DNA of 44,935 nt, from the IMG/VR virus record IMGVR_UViG_643348551_000004. One strand, 5' to 3'. The stretch comes from a virus (Duplodnaviria > Heunggongvirae > Uroviricota > Caudoviricetes). The notes below the pieces were generated by a model. It did no database searches. It saw nothing but the letters and a program-made list of their open reading frames with translations, and was not told the DNA's origin. Below, one piece after another: positions 18,138 to 31,523 of the stretch. The position numbers and the translations under genes are program-made. Numbering within the stretch: the stretch's first letter is position 1; every line of letters begins with the position of its first letter.

Positions 18138-18725
18138 CGTGAGCCCTTTTTTTTGAACTATTATTAAAAAATGATGTCACTGCGCGATAAATATTCATCT
18201 AATCAATGTGATTATTTCAAGATGTAAGTTTTAGTTTCTCATTTAATTTGTGAAGTAGATCTCTATTTTTATCTGAACTTTTTCTATCGAAACCTATTTA
18301 TGGCTCTTATTTGAACAAAAATAAACCTATTAGCTAATTTATATTAATGGTTGTTATTTATGGAGGTTCTATAATTCGGCAGTTTAATTTAAATCAACTA
18401 AAAATAACGTCTGAAATTATTTATTGGTTATTTGTTGAGGTTTTCTTATGTATTTGTGGTGGTGTTTTGAACACTCGGTAGCATTCTCATAAATATCATT
18501 CAGTGGTTTACGTACGTAAAAAATTGGTTATGCTGTTAAGAGTGGTTACTTCGTCACACAGCTTAAACCCGCCGTCGAGCTGGTTTTTCCATTTTTTGAG
18601 TCTCGATATTAGCTGATAACTCAATACCTGAGTTATTCACTGACTCCGAGTCTGTTACGTTTCTGCTTTTTTGCGATACGTTGTATTCCCTCAATTTACA
18701 CCCGCTTTGTCTGCGAGGTGGGGTT

Positions 18726-18941
18726 ATGAAATCCATGGATAAGTTAACAACGGGTGTCGCCTATGGCACCTCAGCAGGTAGTGCCGGTTACTGGTTTTTA
18801 CAGCTGCTCGATAAAGTCACGCCCTCACAGTGGGCAGCAATAGGTGTGCTGGGTAGCCTGGTATTTGGCCTGCTGACGTACCTGACAAACCTTTATTTCA
18901 AGATTAAAGAAGATAAGCGCAAGGCTGCGAGAGGTGAATAA
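18726..18941 (+). CDS. S: Pinholin, phage 21 S-type, with dual-start motif
   Basis: 71 aa, [26 protein letters not shown]...; Met1/Met4 dual start; GAGGTGGGG RBS. Confidence 0.85.
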
Positions 18942-19438
18942 TGCCTCCATCATTACGAAAAGCCGTTGCTGCTGCTATTGGTGGCGGAGCAATTGCTATA
19001 GCATCAGTGTTAATTACTGGCCCAAGTGGTAACGATGGTCTGGAAGGTGTCAGCTACATACCATACAAAGATATTGTTGGTGTATGGACTGTATGTCACG
19101 GGCATACAGGAAAAGACATCATGCTCGGTAAAACGTATACCAAAGCAGAATGCAAAGCCCTCCTGAATAAAGACCTTGCCACGGTCGCCAGACAAATTAA
19201 CCCGTACATAAAAGTTGATATACCGGAAACAACGCGCGGCGCTCTTTACTCATTCGTTTACAACGTGGGTGCTGGCAATTTCAGAACATCGACGCTTCTT
19301 CGCAAAATAAACCAGGGCGATATCAAAGGCGCATGTGATCAGCTACGTCGCTGGACATATGCTGGCGGTAAGCAATGGAAAGGTCTCATGACTCGTCGTG
19401 AGATTGAGCGTGAAATCTGTTTGTGGGGTCAGCAATGA
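18941..19438 (+). CDS. R: SAR endolysin (lysozyme, T4-lysozyme fold)
   Basis: 165 aa; Gly/Ala-rich N-terminal signal-anchor-release segment ([20 protein letters not shown]); start overlaps the holin stop. Confidence 0.9.
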   Translation: MPPSLRKAVAAAIGGGAIAIASVLITGPSGNDGLEGVSYIPYKDIVGVWTVCHGHTGKDIMLGKTYTKAECKALLNKDLATVARQINPYIKVDIPETTRGALYSFVYNVGAGNFRTSTLLRKINQGDIKGACDQLRRWTYAGGKQWKGLMTRREIEREICLWGQQ

Positions 19439-19896
19439 ACAGAGTAACCGCGATTATCTCCGCTCTGGTTATCTGCATCATCGTTTGCCTGTCATGGGCT
19501 GTTAATCATTACCGTGATAACGCCATTACCTACAAAGCCCAGCGCGACAAAAATGCCAGAGAACTGAAGCTGGCGAACGCGGCAATTACTGACATGCAGA
19601 TGCGTCAGCGTGATGTTGCTGCGCTCGATGCAAAATACACGAAGGAGTTAGCTGATGCGAAAGCTGAAAATGATGCTCTGCGTGATGATGTTGCCGCTGG
19701 TCGTCGTCGGTTGCACATCAAAGCAGTCTGTCAGTCAGTGCGTGAAGCCACCACCGCCTCCGGCGTGGATAATGCAGCCTCCCCCCGACTGGCAGACACC
19801 GCTGAACGGGATTATTTCACCCTCAGAGAGAGGCTGATCACTATGCAAAAACAACTGGAAGGAACCCAGAAGTATATTAATGAGCAGTGCAGATAG
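19435..19896 (+). CDS. Rz: i-spanin Rz
   Basis: ATG overlaps the R stop (ATGA); N-terminal TM then coiled-coil periplasmic domain. Confidence 0.8.
   Translation: MNRVTAIISALVICIIVCLSWAVNHYRDNAITYKAQRDKNARELKLANAAITDMQMRQRDVAALDAKYTKELADAKAENDALRDDVAAGRRRLHIKAVCQSVREATTASGVDNAASPRLADTAERDYFTLRERLITMQKQLEGTQKYINEQCR
19655..19837 (+). CDS. Rz1: o-spanin Rz1 (lipoprotein), embedded in Rz in the +1 frame
   Basis: Signal peptide with lipobox (LVVVGC), proline-rich mature part ([15 protein letters not shown]). Confidence 0.7.
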   Translation: MRKLKMMLCVMMLPLVVVGCTSKQSVSQCVKPPPPPAWIMQPPPDWQTPLNGIISPSERG

Positions 19897-19927
19897 AGCT
19901 GCCCATATCGATGGGCAACTCATGCAA

Positions 19928-20221
19928 TTATTGTGAGCAATACACACGCGCTTCCAGCGGAGTATAAATGCCTAAAGTAATAAAACCGAGAAATCCATTT
20001 ACGAATGTTTGCTGGGTTTCTGTTTTAACAACATTTTCTGCGCCGCCACAAATTTTGGCTGCATCAACAGTTTTCTCCTGTCCAATTCCCGAAACGAAGA
20101 AGTGATGGGTGATGGTTTCCTTTGGTGTTACTGCTGTCGGTTTGTTTCCAACAGTAAACGTCTGTTGAGCACATCCTGTAATAAGCATTGCCAGAGCGGC
20201 AGAAAACAACATTTTTTTCAT
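19928..20221 (-). CDS. bor: Bor lipoprotein (serum-resistance family)
   Basis: ATG at 20221; MKKMLFSAALAMLITGCAQQ signal peptide/lipobox; same position and orientation as lambda bor. Confidence 0.85.
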   Translation of the reverse strand: MKKMLFSAALAMLITGCAQQTFTVGNKPTAVTPKETITHHFFVSGIGQEKTVDAAKICGGAENVVKTETQQTFVNGFLGFITLGIYTPLEARVYCSQ

Positions 20222-20583
20222 CTTATTATCCTGCATTGTTAAAAACGGCAGAATCCTATGTGACAACAATTAAACGATAGTTAAATGGATTGATGAAAAT
20301 TAAAACTATATAGGTGTACGCTCAGACTATTGGAGGAAGTTGGGGACACTCAGAATCCTGTGGAATGAAATAAACCGGTCTATCCGTCTATTACCCTTTT
20401 AGCTGCGCTGTATCGTCGCCGTATTCCCGCATTAACCATGACCGTAGCCCGACGGGGAATTCCTTCTGCGTGAGTGTGCGGGAATAATCAAAAACGATGC
20501 ACACCGGGTTTTACTGTGCTGACAGACGCAGGGTTACCCTCATAGTCGCTTTTCCGGTGCGATGGTGGAAGAAACCGGGATGT

Positions 20584-20778
20584 TCATCCATCATCACTTT
20601 GGATTGATGTATATGCTCTCTTTTCTGACGTTAGTCTCCGACGGCAGGCTTCAATGACCCAGGCTGAGAAATTCCCGGACCCTTTTTGCTCAAGAGCGAT
20701 GTTAATTTGTTCAATCATTTGGTTAGGAAAGCGGATGTTGCGGGTTGTTGTTCTGCGGGTTCTGTTCTTCGTTGACAT
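20584..20778 (-). CDS. Small DNA-binding-like protein (64 aa), YlcI/ribbon-helix-helix-like
   Basis: Basic N-terminus followed by an RHH-like pattern (TRNIRFPNQMIEQINIALEQKG...SAWVIEACRRRL). Confidence 0.45.
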   Translation of the reverse strand: MSTKNRTRRTTTRNIRFPNQMIEQINIALEQKGSGNFSAWVIEACRRRLTSEKRAYTSIQSDDG

Positions 20779-20978
20779 GAGGTTGCCCCGTATTCAGTGT
20801 CGCTGATTTGTATTGTCTGAAGTTGTTTTTACGTTAAGTTGATGCAGATCAATTAATACGATACCTGCGTCATAATTGATTATTTGACGTGGTTTGATGG
20901 CGTAGATGCACGTTGTGACATGTAGATGATAATTATTATCATTTTTGCGGGTCCTTTCCGGCGATCCGACAGGTTACG

Positions 20979-20990
20979 GGGCGGCGACCT
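20979..20990. other. cosN cohesive-end site (12-nt GGGCGGCGACCT) within lambda-type cos
   Basis: Exact lambda left-end 12-mer, with lambda right-end sequence (...GACAGGTTACG) upstream and cosB-like sequence downstream before nu1. Confidence 0.8.
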
Positions 20991-21167
20991 CGCGGGTTTT
21001 CGCTATTTATGAAAATTTTCCGGTTTAAGGCGTTTCCGTTCTTCTTCGTCATAACTTAATGTTTTTATTTAAAATACCCTCTGAAAAGAAAGGAAACGAC
21101 AGGTGCTGAAAGCGAGCTTTTTGGCCTCTGTCGTTTCCTTTCTCTGTTTTTGTCCGTGGAATGAACA

Positions 21168-21687
21168 ATGGAAGTCAACAAAAAGCAGCTGGCTGACATT
21201 TTCGGTGCGAGTATCCGTACCATTCAGAACTGGCAGGAACAGGGAATGCCCGTTCTGCGAGGCGGTGGCAAGGGTAATGAGGTGCTTTATGACTCTGCCG
21301 CCGTCATAAAATGGTATGCCGAAAGGGATGCTGAAATTGAGAACGAAAAGCTGCGCCGGGAAGTTGAAGAACTGCGGCAGGCCAGCGAGACAGATCTCCA
21401 GCCAGGGACTATTGAGTACGAACGCCATCGACTTACGCGTGCGCAGGCCGACGCACAGGAGCTGAAAAATGCCAGAGACTCCGCTGAAGTGGTGGAAACC
21501 GCATTCTGTACTTTCGTGCTGTCGCGGATCGCAGGTGAAATTGCCAGTATTCTCGACGGGATCCCCCTGTCGGTGCAGCGGCGTTTTCCGGAACTGGAAA
21601 ACCGACATGTTGATTTCCTGAAACGGGATATCATCAAAGCCATGAACAAAGCAGCCGCGCTGGATGAACTGATACCGGGGTTGCTGA

Positions 21688-21713
<26 letters not shown>
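21168..21713 (+). CDS. nu1: Terminase small subunit Nu1
   Basis: 181 aa, recalled as lambda Nu1 (MEVNKKQLADIFGASIRTIQNWQEQGMP, winged HTH). Confidence 0.95.
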
Positions 21714-25394
<3,681 letters not shown>

Positions 25395-25414
<20 letters not shown>

Positions 25415-26714
25415 TCTCCCGCATATTGCCAGCATGGCTTTTAATGAGCCGCTGATGCTTGAACCCGCCTATGCGCGGGTTTTCTTTTGTGCGCTTGCAG
25501 GCCAGCTTGGGATCAGTCGCCTGACGGATGCAGTATCCGGCGACAGCCTGACTGCCGGAGAGGCACCCGCGGCGCTGGCGTTATCCGGTGATGATGACGG
25601 ACCACGACAGGCCCGCAGTTATCAGGTCATGAACGGCATCGCCGTGCTGCCGGTGTCCGGTACGCTGGTCAGCCGGACGCGGGCGCTGCAGCCGTATTCG
25701 GGAATGACCGGTTACAACGGCATTATCGCCCGTCTGCAACAGGCTGCCAGCGATCCGATGGTGGACGGCATTCTGCTCGATATGGACACACCGGGCGGGA
25801 TGGTGGCGGGAGCATTTGACTGTGCTGACATCATCGCCCGTGTGCGTGACATAAAGCCGGTATGGGCGCTGGCCAACGACATGAACTGCAGTGCAGGTCA
25901 GCTGCTTGCCAGCGCCGCCTCCCGGCGTCTGGTCACGCAGACCGCCCGGACAGGCTCCATCGGCGTCATGATGGCTCACAGTAATTACGGCGCTGCGCTG
26001 GAGAAACAGGGCGTGGAAATCACGCTGATTTACAGCGGCAGCCATAAGGTGGATGGCAACCCCTACAGCCATCTACCGGGTGATGTCCGGGAGACACTGC
26101 AGTCCCGGATGGATGCAACCCGCCGGATGTTTGCGCAGAAGGTGTCGGCATATACCGGCCTGTCCGTGCAGGCTGTGCTGGATACCGAGGCTGCAGTGTA
26201 CAGCGGTCAGGAGGCCATTGATGCCGGACTGGCTGATGAACTTGTCAACAGCACCGATGCGATCACCGTTATGCGTGATGCACTGGATGCACGTAAATCC
26301 CGTCTCTCAGGAGGGCGAATGACCAAAGAGACTCAATCAACAACTGTTTCAGCCACTGCTTCGCAGGCTGACGTTACTGACGTGGTGCAAGCGACGGAGG
26401 GCGAAAACGCCAGCGCGGCGCAGCCGGACGTGAACGCGCAGATCACCGCTGCGGTTGCGGCAGAAAACAGCCGCATTATGGGGATCCTCAACTGTGAGGA
26501 AGCTCACGGACGCGAAGAACAGGCACGTGTGCTGGCCGAAACCCCCGGTATGACCGTGGAAACGGCCCGCCGCATTCTGGCAGCTGCACCACAGAGTGCA
26601 CAGGCGCGCAGTGACACTGCGCTGGATCGTCTGATGCAGGGGGCACCGGCACCACTGGCTGCAGGTAACCCGGCATCTGATGCCGTTAACGATTTGCTGA
26701 ACACACCAGTGTAA
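25395..26714 (+). CDS. C: Head maturation protease / scaffold C (GTG start)
   Basis: GTG at 25395 after AGGAGGAG RBS gives 439 aa, the lambda C length; ORF-track upstream extension is not the real start. Confidence 0.9.
26109..26714 (+). CDS. nu3: Scaffolding protein Nu3 (in-frame internal start within C)
   Basis: In-frame ATG at 26109 (MDATRRMFAQ...), same 606-nt span as lambda nu3. Confidence 0.7.
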   Translation: MDATRRMFAQKVSAYTGLSVQAVLDTEAAVYSGQEAIDAGLADELVNSTDAITVMRDALDARKSRLSGGRMTKETQSTTVSATASQADVTDVVQATEGENASAAQPDVNAQITAAVAAENSRIMGILNCEEAHGREEQARVLAETPGMTVETARRILAAAPQSAQARSDTALDRLMQGAPAPLAAGNPASDAVNDLLNTPV

Positions 26715-26723
26715 GGGATGTTT

Positions 26724-27056
26724 ATGACGAGCAAAGAAACCTTTACCCATTACCAGCCGCTGGGCAACAGTGACCCGGCACATACGGCAACCGCGCCCGG
26801 CGGATTGAGTGCGAAAGCGCCTGCAATGACCCCGCTGATGCTGGACACCTCCACCCGTAAGCTGGTTGCGTGGGATGGCACCACCGACGGTACTGCCGTT
26901 GGCATTCTGGCGGTTGATGCTGACCAGACCAGCACCACGCTGACGTTCTACAAGTCCGGCACGTTCCGTTATGAGGATGTGCTCTGGCCGGAGGCTGCCA
27001 GCGACGAGACGAAAAAACGGACCGCGTTTGCCGGAACGGCAATCAGCATCGTTTAA
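26724..27056 (+). CDS. D: Head decoration protein D
   Basis: 110 aa, [33 protein letters not shown]... Confidence 0.9.
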   Translation: MTSKETFTHYQPLGNSDPAHTATAPGGLSAKAPAMTPLMLDTSTRKLVAWDGTTDGTAVGILAVDADQTSTTLTFYKSGTFRYEDVLWPEAASDETKKRTAFAGTAISIV

Positions 27057-27111
27057 CCTTACCCTTCATCACTAAAGGCCGCCTGTGCGGCTTTTTTTAC
27101 GGGATTTTTTT

Positions 27112-28137
27112 ATGTCGATGTACACAACCGCCCAGCTGCTGGCGGCAAATGAGCAGAAATTTAAGTTTGATCCGCTGTTTCTGCGTCTCTTTTTCCGTGA
27201 GAGCTATCCCTTCACCACGGAGAAAGTCTATCTCTCACAAATTCCGGGACTGGTAAACATGGCGCTGTACGTTTCGCCGATTGTTTCCGGTGAGGTTATC
27301 CGTTCCCGTGGCGGCTCCACCTCTGAATTTACGCCGGGATATGTCAAACCCAAGCATGAGGTGAATCCGCAGATGACCCTGCGTCGCCTGCCGGATGAAG
27401 ATCCGCAGAATCTGGCGGACCCGGCTTACCGCCGCCGTCGCATCATCATGCAGAACATGCGAGACGAAGAGCTGGCCATTGCTCAGGTCGAAGAGATGCA
27501 GGCAGTTTCTGCTGTGCTTAAGGGCAAATACACCATGACCGGTGAAGCCTTCGATCCGGTTGAGGTGGATATGGGCCGCAGTGCGGCGAACAACATCACA
27601 CAGTCCGGTGGTACGGAGTGGAGCAAGCGTGACAAGTCCACGTATGACCCGACCGACGATATCGAAGCCTATGCGCTGAACGCCAGCGGCGTGGTGAATA
27701 TCATCGTGTTTGATCCGAAAGGCTGGGCGCTGTTCCGTTCCTTCAAAGCCGTCAAGGAGAAGCTGGATACCCGTCGCGGCTCTCATTCCGAGCTGGAGAC
27801 AGCGGTAAAAGACCTGGGCGAAGCGGTGTCCTATAAGGGGATGTATGGCGATACGGCGATCGTCGTGTATTCCGGACAGTACGTGGAAAACGACGTCAAA
27901 AAGAACTTCCTGCCGGACAACACGATGGTGCTGGGGAACACTCAGGCACGCGGTCTGCGCACCTATGGCTGCATTCAGGATGCGGACGCACAGCGCGAAG
28001 GTATTAACGCCTCTGCCCGCTACCCGAAAAACTGGGTGACCACCGGCGATCCGGCGCGTGAGTTCACCATGATTCAGTCAGCACCGCTGATGCTGCTGGC
28101 TGATCCTGATGCGTTCGTGTCCGTACAACTGGCGTAA
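27112..28137 (+). CDS. E: Major capsid protein E
   Basis: 341 aa from ATG 27112 (MSMYTTAQLLAANEQKFKFDPLF...). Confidence 0.95.
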   Translation: MSMYTTAQLLAANEQKFKFDPLFLRLFFRESYPFTTEKVYLSQIPGLVNMALYVSPIVSGEVIRSRGGSTSEFTPGYVKPKHEVNPQMTLRRLPDEDPQNLADPAYRRRRIIMQNMRDEELAIAQVEEMQAVSAVLKGKYTMTGEAFDPVEVDMGRSAANNITQSGGTEWSKRDKSTYDPTDDIEAYALNASGVVNIIVFDPKGWALFRSFKAVKEKLDTRRGSHSELETAVKDLGEAVSYKGMYGDTAIVVYSGQYVENDVKKNFLPDNTMVLGNTQARGLRTYGCIQDADAQREGINASARYPKNWVTTGDPAREFTMIQSAPLMLLADPDAFVSVQLA

Positions 28138-28178
28138 TCATGGCCCTTCGGGGCCATTTTCTCTCTGTGGAGGAGTCC

Positions 28179-28574
28179 ATGACGAAAGATGAACTGATTG
28201 CCCGTCTTCAGGTGCTGGGTGAGCAACTGAACCGTGATGTCAGCCTGACGGGGACGAAAGAAGAACTGGTGCTCCGTGTGGCAGAGCTGGAAGAGGAGCT
28301 TGATGACACGGATGACGCTGCCGGTCAGGACACATCTGTCAGCCCGGAAAATGCGCTGACCGGACATGAAAATGAGGTGGTATCAGCGCAGCCGGATACC
28401 GTGATTGATACGGCTGCTCTGGTCACGGTCGTGGCACTGGTGACGCTGCATACTGATGCACTTCACGCCACGCGGGATGAGCCTGTGGCATTTGTGCTGC
28501 CGGGAACGGCGTTTCGTGTCTCTGCCGGTGTGGCAGCCGAAATGACAGAACATGGCCTGGCCAGAATGCAATAA
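28179..28574 (+). CDS. FI: DNA-packaging protein FI
   Basis: ATG at 28179 after AGGAG; MTKDELIARLQVLGEQLNRDVSLTG... Confidence 0.85.
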   Translation: MTKDELIARLQVLGEQLNRDVSLTGTKEELVLRVAELEEELDDTDDAAGQDTSVSPENALTGHENEVVSAQPDTVIDTAALVTVVALVTLHTDALHATRDEPVAFVLPGTAFRVSAGVAAEMTEHGLARMQ

Positions 28575-28585
28575 CGGGAGGCGCT

Positions 28586-28939
28586 GTGGCTGATTCCGAT
28601 AACCTGTTCGATGCTGCCATTGCCCGCGCCGATGAAACGATACGCGGGTACATGGGAACGTCAGCCACCATGACATCCGGTGAGCTGTCCGGTGCTGTGA
28701 TACGTGGTGTTTTTGATGACCCTGAAAATATCAGCTATGCCGGACAGGGGGTGCGCGTTGAAGGCTCCAGCCCGTCCCTGTTTGTCCGGACTGATGATGT
28801 GCGGCAGCTGCGGCGTGGAGACACACTGACCATCGGCGAGGAAAACTTCTGGGTGGACCGGATTTCGCCGGATGATGGCGGAAGCTGTCATCTCTGGCTT
28901 GGGCGTGGCGTGCCGCCTGCCGTTAACCGTCGCCGCTGA
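28586..28939 (+). CDS. FII: Head-tail connector FII
   Basis: 117 aa, GTG start, lambda FII position/length. Confidence 0.85.
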   Translation: MADSDNLFDAAIARADETIRGYMGTSATMTSGELSGAVIRGVFDDPENISYAGQGVRVEGSSPSLFVRTDDVRQLRRGDTLTIGEENFWVDRISPDDGGSCHLWLGRGVPPAVNRRR

Positions 28940-28950
28940 AAGGGGGATGT

Positions 28951-29529
28951 ATGGCCATAAAAGGTCTTGAGCAGGCCGTTGAAAACCTCAGCCGTATCAG
29001 CAAAACGGCGGTGCCTGGTGCCGCCGCAATGGCCATTAACCGCGTTGCGTCATCCGCGATATCGCAGTCTGCGTCACAGGTTGCCCGTGAGACAAAGGTA
29101 CGCCGGAAACTGGTAAAGGAAAGGGCCAGGCTGAAAAGGGCCACGGTCAAAAATCCGCAGGCCAGAATCAGGGTTAACCGGGGGGATTTGCCCGTAATCA
29201 AGCTGGGTAACGCGCGGGTTGTCCTTTCCCGCCGCAGACGTCGTAAAAAGGGGCAGCGTTCATCCCTGAAAGGTGGCGGCAGCGTGCTTGTGGTGGGAAA
29301 CCGTCGTATTCCCGGCGCGTTTATTCAGCAACTGAAAAATGGCCGGTGGCATGTCATGCAGCGTGTGGCCGGGAAAAACCGTTACCCCATTGATGTGGTG
29401 AAAATCCCGATGGCGGTGCCGCTGACCACGGCGTTTAAACAGAATATTGAACGGATACGGCGTGAACGTCTTCCGAAAGAGCTGGGCTATGCGCTGCAGC
29501 ATCAACTGAGAATGGTAATAAAGCGATGA
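28951..29529 (+). CDS. Z: Tail completion protein Z
   Basis: 192 aa, lambda Z position/length. Confidence 0.85.
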   Translation: MAIKGLEQAVENLSRISKTAVPGAAAMAINRVASSAISQSASQVARETKVRRKLVKERARLKRATVKNPQARIRVNRGDLPVIKLGNARVVLSRRRRRKKGQRSSLKGGGSVLVVGNRRIPGAFIQQLKNGRWHVMQRVAGKNRYPIDVVKIPMAVPLTTAFKQNIERIRRERLPKELGYALQHQLRMVIKR

Positions 29530-29921
29530 AACATACTGAACTCCGTGCAGCCGTACTGGATGCACTGGAGAAGCATGACACCGGGGCGACGTTTTTTGAT
29601 GGTCGCCCCGCTGTTTTTGATGAGGCGGATTTTCCGGCAGTTGCCGTTTATCTCACCGGCGCTGAATACACGGGCGAAGAGCTGGACAGCGATACATGGC
29701 AGGCGGAGCTGCATATTGAAGTTTTCCTGCCTGCTCAGGTGCCGGATTCAGAGCTGGATGCGTGGATGGAGTCCCGGATTTATCCGGTGATGAGTGATAT
29801 CCCGGCACTGTCAGATTTGATCACCAGTATGGTGGCCAGCGGCTATGACTACCGGCGCGACGATGATGCGGGCCTGTGGAGTTCAGCCGATCTGACTTAT
29901 GTCATTACCTATGAAATGTGA
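29526..29921 (+). CDS. U: Tail terminator protein U
   Basis: 131 aa, lambda U position/length. Confidence 0.85.
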   Translation: MKHTELRAAVLDALEKHDTGATFFDGRPAVFDEADFPAVAVYLTGAEYTGEELDSDTWQAELHIEVFLPAQVPDSELDAWMESRIYPVMSDIPALSDLITSMVASGYDYRRDDDAGLWSSADLTYVITYEM

Positions 29922-29928
29922 GGACGCT

Positions 29929-30669
29929 ATGCCTGTACCAAATCCTGTAATGCCGGTGAAAGGTGCCGGGACCACGCTGTGGGTTTATAAGGGAAGCGGT
30001 GACCCTTATGCGAATCCGCTTTCAGACGTTGACTGGTCGCGTCTGGCAAAAGTTAAAGACCTGACGCCCGGCGAACTGACCGCTGAGTCCTATGACGACA
30101 GCTATCTCGATGATGAAGATGCAGACTGGACTGCGACCGGGCAGGGGCAGAAATCTGCCGGAGATACCAGCTTCACGCTGGCGTGGATGCCCGGAGAGCA
30201 GGGGCAGCAGGCGCTGCTGGCGTGGTTTAATGAAGGGGATACCCGAGCCTATAAAATCCGCTTCCCGAACGGCACGGTCGATGTGTTCCGCGGCTGGGTC
30301 AGCAGTATCGGTAAGGCGGTGACGGCGAAGGAAGTGATCACCCGCACGGTGAAAGTCACCAACGTGGGCCGTCCGTCGATGGCAGAAGATCGCAGCACGG
30401 TGACGGCGACAACCGGCATGACTGTGACGCCTGCCAGCACCTCGGTGGTGAAAGGGCAGAGCACCACGCTGACCGTGGCATTCCAGCCGGAAGGCGCAAC
30501 CGACAAGAGCTTCCGTGCGGTGTCTGCGGATAAAACAAAAGCCACCGTGTCGGTCAGTGGTATGACCATCACCGTGAAAGGTGTTGCTGCAGGCAAGGTC
30601 AACATTCCGGTCGTATCCGGTAATGGTGAACTTGCTGCGGTTGCAGAAATCACCGTCACCGCCAGTTAA
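29929..30669 (+). CDS. V: Major tail tube protein V
   Basis: 246 aa from ATG 29929 ([30 protein letters not shown]...). Confidence 0.9.
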   Translation: MPVPNPVMPVKGAGTTLWVYKGSGDPYANPLSDVDWSRLAKVKDLTPGELTAESYDDSYLDDEDADWTATGQGQKSAGDTSFTLAWMPGEQGQQALLAWFNEGDTRAYKIRFPNGTVDVFRGWVSSIGKAVTAKEVITRTVKVTNVGRPSMAEDRSTVTATTGMTVTPASTSVVKGQSTTLTVAFQPEGATDKSFRAVSADKTKATVSVSGMTITVKGVAAGKVNIPVVSGNGELAAVAEITVTAS

Positions 30670-30684
30670 TCCGGGGAGTCAGCG

Positions 30685-31107
30685 ATGTTCCTGAAAACCG
30701 AATCATTTGAACATAACGGTGTGACCGTCACGCTTTCTGAACTGTCAGCCCTGCAGCGAATTGAGCATCTCGCCCTGCTGAAACGACAGGCAGAACAGGC
30801 GGGATCCAGTCTCAATCGACAGGTGAGCGTGGAAGATCTCGTCAGAACCGGTGCTTTTCTGGTGGCGATGTCCCTGTGGCATAGCCATCCGCAGAAGACA
30901 AAGATGCCGTCCATGAATGAAGCCGTTAAACAAATTGAGCAGGAAGTGCTTACCACCTGGCCCACAGAGGCAATTGCTCAGGCTGAAAATGTGGTAATGC
31001 GTCTGTCCGGTATGTCTGAGTTTGTTGTGAATGATGCACCTGAACAGGCAGATGACGCCGGGCCAGCAGAGCCTGTTTCTGCGGGAAAGTGTTCGACGGT
31101 GAGCTGA
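30685..31107 (+). CDS. G: Tail assembly chaperone G
   Basis: 140 aa, lambda G position/length. Confidence 0.85.
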   Translation: MFLKTESFEHNGVTVTLSELSALQRIEHLALLKRQAEQAGSSLNRQVSVEDLVRTGAFLVAMSLWHSHPQKTKMPSMNEAVKQIEQEVLTTWPTEAIAQAENVVMRLSGMSEFVVNDAPEQADDAGPAEPVSAGKCSTVS

Positions 31108-31523
31108 GTTTTGCCCTGAAACTGGCGCGTGAGATGGGGCGACCCGACTGGCGCGCCATGCTTGCCGGGATGTCATCCACGGAGTATGCCGACTGGCACC
31201 GCTTTTACAGTACCCATTATTTTCATGATGTTCTGCTGGATATGCACTTTTCCGGGCTGACGTACACCGTACTCAGCCTGTTTTTCAGCGATCCGGATAT
31301 GCATCCGCTGGATTTCAGTCTGCTGAACCGGCGCGAGGCTGACGAAGAGCCTGAAGATGATGTGCTGATGCAGAAAGCGGCAGGGCTTGCCGGAGGCGTC
31401 CGCTTTGGCCCGGACGGGAATGAAGTTATCCCCGCTTCCCCGGATGTGGCGGACATGACGGAGGATGACGTAATGCTGATGACAGTATCAGAAGGGATCG
31501 CAGGAGGAGTCCGGTATGGCTGA
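30685..31523 (+). CDS. T: Tail assembly chaperone G-T fusion, made by programmed -1 frameshift
   Basis: T frame (ORF-track 31089..31523) has no start of its own; slippery heptamer GGGAAAG at 31083-31089 near the end of G. Confidence 0.7.
31083..31089 (+). promoter_or_regulatory. -1 ribosomal frameshift slippery site GGGAAAG
   Basis: Heptamer G GGA AAG in the G frame, immediately before the G stop and at the start of the overlapping T frame. Confidence 0.7.

Noticed and set aside
16850-18700. tRNA genes, which often follow Q in lambdoid prophages
   Set aside because: No cloverleaf-compatible sequence or T-loop GTTCRANYC-like motif found by eye in either AT-rich gap; a tRNA-finder run would be needed to be sure.
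20280-20583. Possible small genes between bor and the ylcI-like gene, e.g. a 27-aa minus-strand ORF near 20500-20577
   Set aside because: Only very short ORFs with weak or no RBS; not enough evidence to call a gene without comparative data.
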